From: Octopus bimaculoides
Lineage: Eukaryota
Reading direction: 5' to 3'
Assembly: GCF_001194135.2 (NCBI RefSeq)
Contig: NC_068991.1
Span: 6,454,616-6,518,615 of the forward strand
DNA length: 64,000 bases
Made by a program: the position numbers and the translations under genes. The stretch's first letter is position 1, and each line of letters starts with the position of its first letter. The notes beneath the pieces were generated by a model. It saw only the letters and a program-made list of their open reading frames with translations. It ran no database searches and was not told the DNA's origin. Shown here piece after piece: positions 47,101-59,000 of this stretch.

Positions 47101-50100
47101 ACATCCAGTGAAGGCACATGGCTCAGTGCTTAGAGCATTGGGCTCACAATCACGAGGTAGTGAGTTCAATTCCTGGACTGGGCTGTATGTTGTATTGTTG
47201 AGCCAGACACTTATTTCGTGTTACTCCAGAGATGAGTTGCGATGTCACTAGTGCCATTTGCCTTTCCATACAACAACATTGGTGGTGTGGAGAGGGGCGG
47301 ATGATATGCATGGGCGACTGCTGGTCTTCCATAAACAACCTTTCCTGGATTTGTGCCTCGGAGAGGAACTTTCTAAGTGCAATCCCATGGTCATTCACGA
47401 CCGAAGGGGGTCTTTACCTTTACCTGCTACATCTATTATTAAGAGAATAAAATCATTTCTATCATTTAAAATTTTATCTTAAAATATGCATTTTAAAGAG
47501 GGTTGGGAGAGGAGGAGTGTAGCGGGGGAAATTTGTCTGCTACATTGAGTAAACTGGGTGGTTATATAAAACGGGTCTGTAAAGAACCAGTTGTTGTTTA
47601 ACCTCCAAGTCAGCCTCAAAGCAGTGAATTGTCAGAATTGTTAGAGCAAATGACGAAATACCTTGTGGTGTTTGGTTATGGTACTTCACATCTTGAGTTC
47701 AAATCCTGCTGAGACTGGCTTTGCATTCCATCCTTCCAAGATTGAAATGCTGTACAATATAAACTGCTTATGAATATTATGTTCTTACACACACACACAC
47801 ACAAGGCAAAAAAAGGTTTTCTGCAGGCATAGTATATCTGGGCTACATTATCTAATGTGTGTTTTTTATTAAAACTGTCAAGTATGATTTGAGGAAGCTT
47901 TGACTGCTATCTATAGCATGTCAAATGATCACATGTATGGAAGTGGCTCCCTTGTGGACTTGTATAATAATAATACCAGTGGCATTATGTTTAGTGGTAG
48001 AAGTTTAAAGATAGCACAATTGGTGGTGACTTACTAATTTTTAATATTAGGAAAGTGGCGAGTTGGTAGAGTCGTTAGCACACCGGGTATTTCACTTGTT
48101 GCTATGTTCTGAGTTCAAATTCTGCCGAGGTCAACTTAGCCTTTTATCCTTTTGGGGTCGATAAATTAAGTACCAGTGAAATCGACTAGTCCCCTCCCCA
48201 CCAAATTCGAGGCTTTGTGCTTCCAGTAAAAAGGATTAATCCTTAATGTTAGGAATTTGAAATGTTTTTCATAGAGTTGTACCTAAAATTTTTCTTTTTC
48301 ATCTTTTTTACATTATAATCCTTAGTACCAGGTGTATCAGAGTTTGCTGCCAACCAAAGTGTAAGTACCTCTTGTGTTTAACCTTTGAAACATTGTTCTC
48401 CTGTTGCCTCTTTTAGTCAGTAAATAACATAGGTTCCATATGTTAGTGTTCTATGATTGTAGTGCATGGCTGTGTGGTTAAGAAATTTGTTTCTCAGTCA
48501 TCTGGTTTCAGGTTCAGTTCTGCTGCATGGCACTTTCAGCATATGCCTTATACTATAACCCTGGGCCAACCTAAGCCCTATGAGGGGGTGCAAACTGAAG
48601 AAACCCGTTGTATATATGAGGGGGTGCTGGAAAGTTCCTGGCTTTGAGTAAAAGAAAATACAAGAGGTTCACTTAATTATGATTTTATTCATCATATTCC
48701 CCTCTCGGATACACACACTTATTGCAGCAGTCCTTCAGTTTTTTTAAGCCCTGTAAAAGAACTCAGAAGGTTGGGCCTCTAACCAGGTCTTTCTCGACAC
48801 TCTTAAAGTTAGAAACCTCTATATGTGACTCATCCATGGATGAGTTCATGAACTTTGGATCTTTTCTCTAAATTATATATTTATATATTATATACTGTGA
48901 AACTTAATTTAATTTTAATTTTTGATAAATTGAATTTAATTGGGTTTTTACCTGTAAATTTGGATTTTTATCCCTAATATTATATATATATATATATATA
49001 CACACACACTCACACACACACATACAGAAGATAGGCTTCTTTCAGTTTTTGTCTCCCAAATCCACTCACAAGATTTTGGCTGGCCAGGGGCTGTAGCAGA
49101 AGATATTTGCCCAAGACCACATGGTTAGGGAAATCTATCATTACCACAATGACCTGAAGACTTATTCCTTTTTCTATTCTATTCATTGATGGATTCGTTT
49201 TATATTCCAGCCTTTCTCCGCTTCAAATTTCTCTAAAGAAATAGATGATCAAGATGATATAGAACTTCTTCAAGGTATGCATCTTTTTTCTTTCTTTTCT
49301 TTCTTTCTTTCTTCATTGTCATTTACTGCCTACTTTCTATATTGGTATGGGTTAGACGGTTTGATTGAAACTAGTAAGCTGAAGAGCTACACTGGACTCC
49401 AGCCTGATTTGGCATGGTTTCTATGGCTGTATGCCCTTCTTAACATCAACCACTCCAAGAGTGTTATAGATGCTTTTTACATGCCACCAGCATTAGCCAC
49501 AACTACAATTTCACTTGGTTTGACAGGTCTTCACAAGCACAGTATATCGCCAAAGGTCTCGGTCATTTAACATTGCCTCTGTGAAGGTGCATGGCTCAGT
49601 GGTTAGAGTGTCGAACTTACGGCTGTGAGGTTGTGAGGGTCTTTATTCTTTTTTACACATATATCTGCCTCTATCTCTCTCATTTTTCTGACAGAAAGCA
49701 TTGCAAACAGAAAAGAACTATTATATGTATTGTCTTTGCCTGTTCAACATCCCCAAAATTACTTTCCTTTTTCAATTTGTGGTTTTCTGTTGAACCTCTG
49801 CTGTGTGTTCAACTTTGCCATTGATTTTTGAAATAAGTACTAGCACTTCTAATGAAATTTAACATTTCAAATGACCATTTCAATTGATTTGGGGAAGTTC
49901 TCATGTTTCGGTGGCATGTGAAATACATCATCCGAATGCAGTCATTACCAGTGCCCCCTGACTGGCTTCCGTGCCGGTGGCATGTAAAATGCACCCCCTA
50001 CACTCTCGGAGTGGTTGGCATTAGGAAGGTCATCCAGCTGTTGAATCATTGCCAAATCAGATTGGAGCCTGATGCAGCTGCTGGCTCTCCAGACCTCAGT

Positions 50101-51465
50101 CAAACCGTCCAACCCATGCCATCATAGAAAACGGACTTTAAACGATGATGATGATGAATTTTCATAGTATAAGACAATCAATGATTCTTCATCAAAATTT
50201 CATTTCATCATTCATTTGGGGAGAATCTTAAAGATCAAGTACTTTCTTTTATTTGTTGGGAATTTAGTGATATTAACTATTGATGCATTTCATAGAGTTG
50301 ACATTTGTGAAGGAGCATCCTCCCCATTTAATGCACACGTTCCATGCTGGCATGAGTTGGACTGGATAATGATCTTATTTGGTAAATTTTATTGAAGTGC
50401 TTCTGTCTTATTTGTAAGGAAAATAACCAATTTAAAATCTTTTAGTAAAATTCATTTTGTTTTTCTCACGTCAGAGTTTGGTAGCTTGACTACACCACAG
50501 CTGATGGAAAAAGTGCGAGGACTTCAAAATTTAGCCTTCAAACTGGGACTTGATGAAGGTAAGAGATCTATTGTTTTAGTCAGTTTGCTGTTTGTGGTAA
50601 AACTATTTTGCAATATCCATTTATCTTCTTCATCTATCCATTCATCTTTTCCACCTATTCTTGGGAGGATCATGGAGGTAGAATCCTCATCGTCCTCCCC
50701 CCTAGCTTCTTCTCTGTCATCATACTTTCCAGCTGTATTCCCAAGCATGACTGAGGCTGCGGATATTATCCAACCATCTCATTCTTGGTCTAAATGCTGG
50801 ATCTCCTGCTGGTCGACTCAGCTTAAAGAATCTGTCTTGCAATCCTTTCTGGTGACATTCTAGCCACCACATGTCCATAGTAACAGAACTGTGACCTCTA
50901 AATGCAGAGAAATAGAAGCTTAACTTGGAGAAACTTCCTGATCTCTGAGCCACACATTCTCTCAAATAATGTCACTTCAAAGATTCTTTGGAAGAACCCT
51001 GTTTTGATTCTACTCTTTTAGCCATTATCCATCTTTCATGACAGGCATAGAAGCCAAATTGAAGATAACGAGTTTGGCTTTTTGACCAATCTCTCCTCTT
51101 CGGAAAATCGAATGCTGCTGCCTGTGCACTATTGTTCCAGCCTCTGCATTCCCCATCACCATCATTTAACTTCCATTGTCTATGCTGGCATGGGTTGGAC
51201 AGTTTGACTGGGCTGGCACACCGGAAAGCTGCACCAGGCTCCAGTCTGATTTGGCATGGTTTTCTATGGCTGGATGCCTTTCCTAATGCCAACCACTCCG
51301 AGAGTGTAATGGTGCCCTTTGTGTGACACCGGTATCCAAATAATGAGTTATAATTTTATTTACTTTAGGAACTACAACTTTTCCTCTTTTTTCTTTTCTT
51401 TTTCAGCACGAGAAATGACGCGAGGAAAATTTTTAAACATTCTTCAAAAACAGAAAAGGTTTTGA
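44137..51465 (+). CDS. LIN52: LIN52, MuvB/DREAM complex subunit, 116 aa, 6 exons
   Basis: Exons 44137-44176, 46660-46728, 48326-48360, 49211-49274, 50475-50558, 51407-51465 (351 nt, all GT-AG, phases consistent) give MASPSAGNSDLDADCEQTLMSYEKLDRSSPDLWPEQIPGVSEFAANQSPFSASNFSKEIDDQDDIELLQEFGSLTTPQLMEKVRGLQNLAFKLGLDEAREMTRGKFLNILQKQKRF*. This matches the LIN52 signatures EKLDRxSPDLWPEQ and LMEKVRGLQNLA..LGLDE.REMTRGKFLNIL. Confidence 0.96.
46166..46628. mobile_element. Possible Helitron/Helentron-related non-autonomous element
   Basis: Begins ACTAGCTGAC and ends TATTATTATAGTAGAT, with internal CA microsatellites and a duplicated CACACATATACTCAC.CAGAGTTGAAACGCT. The class call is from recalled end motifs only. 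Confidence 0.4.
47112..47425 (+). mobile_element. tRNA-head SINE family D (CORE/Meta-like)
   Basis: GGCTCAGTGCTTAGAGC..GAGTTCAATTCC head; related copies near 20125(+), 29230-29420(-) and 30650-30845(-). Confidence 0.6.
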
Positions 51466-52754
51466 TTGTCCTAAGAAAAAAAAAAAAAAAATTTTAAATG
51501 TTTGCCGACAGTTTTCTTCATCATCAATTTAGAAACCATTCTTCACTCTTCTGCCAAACTGGATTGGCATGTATGGCTTGTGCTGGCTGTGTTCATATTG
51601 TTATTCAATTTTGCTATCTTTGTGGAAAATGTTTCTATCAGAATATTCCAGAACGAAATAGCAGTATTTATTTAGTCTTCCTTAGGACAATATACTCCTT
51701 CTGCAAAACCCATTTTCTTTTTAACGTCATGGCTGCACTAAAACTAGATCTGAAAACCAATGGTGCAATGTTTCTCTGCTCATTTCTTTTGTCAGTTTAA
51801 GATGCTGCGAACAATCATGGTTTCTGTGAGGCTAAGATTTTAGACTCACCTTCACACCAGACATTCTCTATCTTTTTATCATTGTCAAAGATTTTATTAC
51901 TTGGTTTGGATATATTTATGTAAACTAATTTTTGATATAAAATAGACATTTAATGTCTACATTCCAGTTCTTTTTTCTTTGAAGTGAGGGGAAGAAATTT
52001 AAATTGTATTTGGTGGGTTCATTTTTATTTTATTTATATTTTTTTTTCTCATGCTTCTCATTGATATCAAGGAATCTTTTAAGTTTGCAGAATCTTTATC
52101 AGGAGATAAAGAGTAAAAGAGAAAGATGTAATTATATGTAAGTGTACTTGGATGACCTATTCTGCAAGAAAATTATACACTCTCTACAGAGGTCACACAC
52201 TGTTGTAGATGTCATGTAAGGAATGAACAGAAGAAGGGGAGGAGGAGGAGAAAGTAACTGAACCAAATCACAGTACAACTGGTAATTAATTATACGTGAA
52301 AATATTTAAAAAATCATTTCACTTGTTCAATTTTGATAACTTACCAAATTGATTTTATTTACAAAATTAGAATTGTAACCCAATTGAGGACATAGTAGTC
52401 TAGTGTTCAGTCTCACTGTTTGACATCTTGGGCAAGTATCCCAGGGCCAACCAATATCTTGTGCATGAATTTGGTGGACCCAAACTTCAAGAAACCACAA
52501 TATGTATCGATTTCTGTACAGCATGTAGTCGAAGGGGTCACTCATGCTTTAAACAGGCCTTGTTTCTTTCTTAGTCAGTCAACTTTACTTTTTTACATCT
52601 ACAATTAATTCACTGGGTACAATTTTTTTTTTTTTTTTTGTGTGTGTTTGCATTTTGTCCATCTCTTTCTGAATGTCTGTATCCTATTCCCCTTGTTCCC
52701 TTTGTGATACTTTGCAAATATGTGTGTTTGTTACTATTTGAGTGAAACAGTAAG

Positions 52755-52813
52755 NNNNNNNNNNNNNNNNNNNNNNNNNNNNNNNNNNNNNNNNNNNNNN
52801 NNNNNNNNNNNNN
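52755..52813. other. Assembly gap
   Basis: N run. Confidence 1.
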
Positions 52814-53063
52814 GCTGTAAAAATCCTGTCCCAAATTTATTTCCCACCCAAACCACACTGGCATGGAAAAGTGAATGTCAACCAAACAATAGATTTTTTT
52901 TTATATATTTTTCTGTTGTTCAGTTAACTTATGGGAAGGATTAATTCACAGCTTAATGAATGAATTAAAACACAATTTAACTCGTTTTTATGATTGGAAC
53001 TCCAGTTTTCTGATGAAATGTCTCTTCTCTCTCCATTGCTCTAGTCTCTATTTCAGCCTTTCT

Positions 53064-56000
53064 TTAGTCTTTGTGGGCCTCTGTTGCCAGATCGCTGTAA
53101 AACAAGAAAGTAGGTTATCATTTTCAAATTTCACACTTCCTTTTTATTTAGACATTAATTTCAAATAAACCAATAGAGCCATTCTAATTTTTAAACTAAC
53201 CCCCCCCCCCCAAAAAAAAAACTATATACAGTAAACTTTTATTTATTAGATTGGGTGCAGGCATGGCTGTGTGCGAGGTTAAGAAAGTAGTTCAATCCCA
53301 CTGCATGAATGCTGTCGGCTAATGTTTTATTCTCTAAGCACTGGGTGAAATTGTTAGAAATAGAAGAAGCCTATTGTGTACATATAGCTAAATAGACTCG
53401 TCAGTTATCACTTTTCAATGCTTCCCAACCTTTTTAGTAGCAGATTGCCCCACTCCGCCCCATTTGTAAGCAAAACAACCTTGGTATCAATACAGGTACT
53501 GTCAATTTGGATAGCTAGTCCCTCTGTTGGGTCGACATTCGGCAGACTCTCTTTCTCCCATTCATTCTCTTTATTGAGCAACCTTTCATAGTGGCGTCTC
53601 AAAACCTCTCTCTTTGCAGCCTCATTTAATGCAAGTGAACCATCATCCATGCAGACACATTTCTCTCCTATGGCATCACAGATGAATAAAAGAGGTTTAC
53701 TTACCCAAAATATATTTTACCTGATCCTTCCTTTGCTATTGCTTTTAAAGTTTGCATTAAATCCTTCGTGTCTATTTCGAGAGCACATTCCTGCCACAAA
53801 CATTAAAGAAGAAGGCTTTCTATCAGGATAGGATTTGTAAATATAGACCTAAATTTCAAACATTTAATTCGTAATTATTGAACTAATGATAATTCCGTTA
53901 TTTTGAAATACTCCCCACAAGTGTGTGTGTGGTAGGTAAGATTATGAACCTGAATGTACCTTGTATCATCTCTATATTCCAGCAGGAAAAGGAAACATGC
54001 TGTCTTTTACCCTTTAAGTTCCAACAACAGTTAAAAGAAGACCTAGAAGGACTTAACAGACATTGTCTAGGGTGTGGTACTAGCAAAATTAAAAGCTAGC
54101 AGTTTTTGGTGAAAAAATAATCCTTTCTACTATGGGCACAAGGCCTGAAATTTGGGGGAGGGGATAGTTGATTATGTTGACCTCAGTGCATAACTGGTAC
54201 TTATTTTGTCGACCCCGAAAGATGAAAGGCAAAATCGACTTCAGCAGAATTTGAACTCAGAATGTAATGACAGGTGAAATACCACTAAACATTTCGTCCA
54301 GCTTGCTGCCTTAATGATAATAGTAATAATCATCCTTTTTACTATAGGCATGAGGCCTGAAATTTGTAGGGAAGGGACTAGTCAATTATATCAACCACTT
54401 CCCTTCCCTCTGCGTAACTGGTATTTATTTCATTGACCCTGAAAGGATGAAAGGCAAAGTTGACCTGGGCAGAATTTGAACTCAGAATGTGAAGATGGAC
54501 AGAATGCCACTAAGTATTTTGCCCAGCGTGCTAACGATTCTGCCAGCTCGTCAATAATAATAATGTTTTTTTCATAAGGTAAGGGGCTTTAATTTTACAA
54601 GTGTATATAGTGTGCCAGTCATATATTTGAGTTGTTATAATTTGTGCCCTTATGCCTATGAGGGAAATCATTGAAGAAAATTGTAGAGTTTCCCCCCAAA
54701 ATATACTTAAAAAAGCTATTCCTACCTTAACAGCTGCTATGAAGTCTTCAGGGGTGATTGTGAAATTCCCTTCTGTATCATATTTCTTGAGAGTTTCCAT
54801 CAAAGCAGGATCCCTTACCACAACGCTTTGTTTCAGGATCAGAAGGGATTTCTGATATTGGTTTCTACTATCGACCTCAATAGCTTTCTTACCAATATCT
54901 TCTGTTGTGTTTCCAGATCTTAGGATGTGACCAAATATTGCCTTGAAGTTTTTCTTCTGTTTGATGTCGAAAACAATGCGCAGGAACTCATATTCGACCG
55001 AGACATCCTGCAAATGGGAACCGGCAGAAGAAAATGAGCTTGGAAGAAGGTTTTAATATATAAACAAAAATGGGTCTGAGAGAAATAACTCAGAGGGGCC
55101 AGTGGCATGCATTTAGACAACAGACAAATGCAGGTCTATTAAATACAACAAATTTGTGATTTATTAAAATTATATCTGCATTTAGAATAGTGTTTCTCAA
55201 CTATGTTTTGCTTATGATCCCCTTTGATTCTTGTTTTTACTCTACTGGTCCCCCATAGCCATTTGATGTTTACAGAATCTTGATATTTTTATAATTAAAT
55301 ATTATTAGAAATTGTATAAAGAAAAATTGTTGAAATATTTTGTGTTATGTAGAAATGTAACCAGTTTATTGCAGGTAAAGTTTAGCAAGAAAATATTGTA
55401 TGGGCCCTGGTTGAGAATCACTGTTTTAGAGGCTGCCAATGATTACCCAGTGGCCAGCCCCATCTGAAAAGGAGACCCTGTAGTTAATGGTTTTGTGTAG
55501 TGGTTAAAAGGAAACACTAAAACTGTGGCATAATAATGATGATCCTCATCATTGTCCTTGTAATTACCACCACTACACTCCCATCCTTATTGCCACCACC
55601 ACCATCATCATTAACAGAAGCATTGTCATTTTCATTATTTGCCTTGTAATCCTCATTATCGTTATCAATATCATTACAAGGGGGTGCTGAAAAGTTCCTA
55701 GCTTTAAGGGCATCGCGAAAGGGCTGGTTGGAGGCTCAACCTTCCAAGTTTTTTCACAGGACTTAGAAAAACTGAAGGACTACTACAATGACTGTGCAAA
55801 CTGAGAGGGGAATATGTCTAGTAAAATCATAATTAACTGATCCCCCTTGTATATTCTTTTACCCAAAGCCAGGAACTTTTCAGCACCCCCTTGTAACTGA
55901 AAGGTTTCTTTTTTGCAAGTCTAGCCTCTAATTCCCTATCAGCATCAAAATCATCATAACATCTATTTTCGCCACACTGACATGGATTGGACAAGTCTGC

Positions 56001-59000
56001 ACTGCAGCATGTCATCACTCCTCTTCATACTGTGTCATCTTATCTGTGAGCTCCATCTTGATTGCTGATCTCATTACTAAATTCTCCCGTTATCTTATCT
56101 AGTCCTTAATTGCAGTTAGAGAACAGCAAAGTTCAAGATTATATCAAGGAATATTTCTTACCGTCAAATCCAGTAAATTTAGTCCTGTGTTGTCATTGTT
56201 GTTGATGGCATTGACAAGGGAAATGGCTCCGGTTGTGCTAATTGGATTCTTACCTAACTGAAAACAGGGGGAAATAAATGAGATAAAGTTTCAGTAAGAT
56301 TTATTTATCTGTGGAAAAGACAGAAAGGAAATCAGTATGAATTGTAGCAGGGAATATCAGCAGTGTCCCGAACACCAACTCACTGCCTTGAAATTGAACC
56401 CGAAATCACTGTGCTCAGCTGAGAAAATAACTGTAATCACCCAACAAGATTTTGTCAGCAACAAACCATTCAGGTCCCTATTAAACACATGAAAAATGTG
56501 TTTTGTCAGTAGCTGGGCTCACTGGCAAAGCAACAATACATCCAGCAGATACTTGACTCGTTAGAATCTCAGTTTTAGTAAACAACCTAACCATTTGGGG
56601 ATAAATATAGAAGGATGTTATTAATGATTTTGTCTTTGGTGCCTTTTCTTTGACAGACCATTGGGTATATTCATAGATGGTTTGTCTGGTAACTTTCAGT
56701 GTTTATAACAGTTCAAATCAACTGCTGTGAGAACTTAAACCACTCACTCGACTATGGAACTCAACAACTTTTACAATCCTGTTGACAAACATCTCTGGTG
56801 GACAAACATGAACTGTATCACTTAGTATAAATATCTGTCATAATTACAATGACATTTTTTTTATTAATGATTAAGATATTTTTGTATTTATATTTCAAAG
56901 TTTTTTTTTTTTCTCTTTTGTTGTCAATCAACCAAATATTTTGTCATTACAGGATTTATTGAGGAAATATAAAAGCACTTATGGAATGATTGAATGAAAA
57001 AAAGCTGCAACTTTTAGATATTGCTGGGAAGTGTATGAAATGGATCAAAAAGTATGGGCTGGCTCAAAGCAAAATATGCAGACAAAGAACCCCAAAACAC
57101 AAACAAAAACACATATATACAGACATAGTTGTGAGGCTTACAGTCTAGAGATAACTATACCTCATATAATGTATCTAGAGTATGCTTTCTACAGACTGAT
57201 GCCTTTCCTAATACCAACCACTACGTATGTAATTGTAAGAAATAGCAGCCAAAGTTCTCTCAAATTACACCCTGTCATTAATAAGAGAAAAAAATAGGGA
57301 CACATTGGATAAAGTAATTCTAGGTACAAAATGACAAAACAAAACTAAATGGTTACAACTAGAATTACCTGTAAATATTTGTATTCTACCTTAAGTTCTA
57401 GATGAACACCAACTGAGTATGTACCTCATCAGTCTATGAGGCTCTGGAAAGACCATGGTACCTTCTCTCTAACTAAATTAAAAGAAATACAATTGCCTTT
57501 GTAGCTGGCTAGCTTTCCTATGGGACAAGCAGAGTTATGTACCTTGACACAAAGTACAACACAACTGCATAGTTAAGTTTTAAATGTGTCGGAGTGTACA
57601 TGTGTATGAATGTGTTTATTTGTGTATCAATTTAAAACCAGTGGCCTAGCATATAAAAAATCTGAAAATTCAGAAAAATTGTATTACATGCGTATAAGAA
57701 GCGATGACCACTAAGTGGACATCCGATATACTAGAAAGAGGTCATCAACGACCCAACCACAAAGAAAAATTCTAGTTGTAACCATTTAGTTTTGTTTTGT
57801 CATTTTGTACCTGGAATTACTTTATACAATGTGTCCCTATTTTTTTCTCTTATTAATGACGGTGTAATTTGAGAGAACTTTGGCTGCTATTTCTTGCAAT
57901 TACATACGTAGTGGTTGGGTCGTTCATGACCTCTCTCTAGCATATCGGATGTCCACTTAGTGGTCATCTCTTCTTATACGCATATATCTATATGGCGTTA
58001 GGAAGGGCATCCAGCTGTAGAAACTCTGCCAAATCAGATTGGAGCCTGGTGTAGCCATCTGGTTCACCAGTCCTCAGTCAAATCGTCCAACCCATGCTAG
58101 CATGGAAAGCGGACGTTAAACGATGATGATGATATATATATATACTAGCCTCAAATGAAAAGTACGTAAATATGTACCACCCTGAGATACAAGAGTTTCT
58201 GGTGTGTATATACTCCTCTGAACTTCATAAACAACACAGACTGAAAAGTTTTAAACATTACTCTAGATATTAGACCATGCAGTAGAAATAGACTTACCTG
58301 TAATATCTGAAGGGTTTCATTGACTAAGAGGGATTTAGCAATTTTCTCTATACAAACGTCTGTCAATCTGTTGGCAGTGAGGTTTAATTCTTGTAAAGTT
58401 GTGTTGTGAATGAGGGCCTCTGCTATCTCAAAACCTCCTTCAATACCGAAGCCATTGAAGGCCAAGTTGCATCTTTTTAATCGAATATTGTCCTTTAATA
58501 AAGGAAATTTAATGTATCAACATTAAGAATCAACAAGACATGGAACAAACTGAATTACACAAACTTATTTTAATTAACTCTTCATTATTTTCAAAATTTA
58601 TTAAAATTAAAGGCAGTGTGTTTCAACCAAAGCATGGCAACAAAAGGATTAAAGAAGCAATTACACATTAACTTTGATAGGTTTCGGCCAGTATAGACCC
58701 AGGCCATGTCTAACTTAATAGCACCACCTGGTGAAGTCTTTTAGTCATATATTAGGCACCATGGCCCACTCTTGCAAAGAGTTATTGTTGGAGACATATC
58801 CAAGTATATAGGAGGTTGGTCCAGGATTTTTTGAAGAAATTTGTCCAGTGAACTTTTGAATTTTATTGGATCCATTTCCATTTTCATGTAATTTGGTATG
58901 GTAGTAAAGAGATCTGGACCAGTTGAGATAAAGTAGTTGTGGCATAGTGTTGTTATGTGTCCGGAGTTCGATCCTAGATACATACAGCATATCTGACAAA

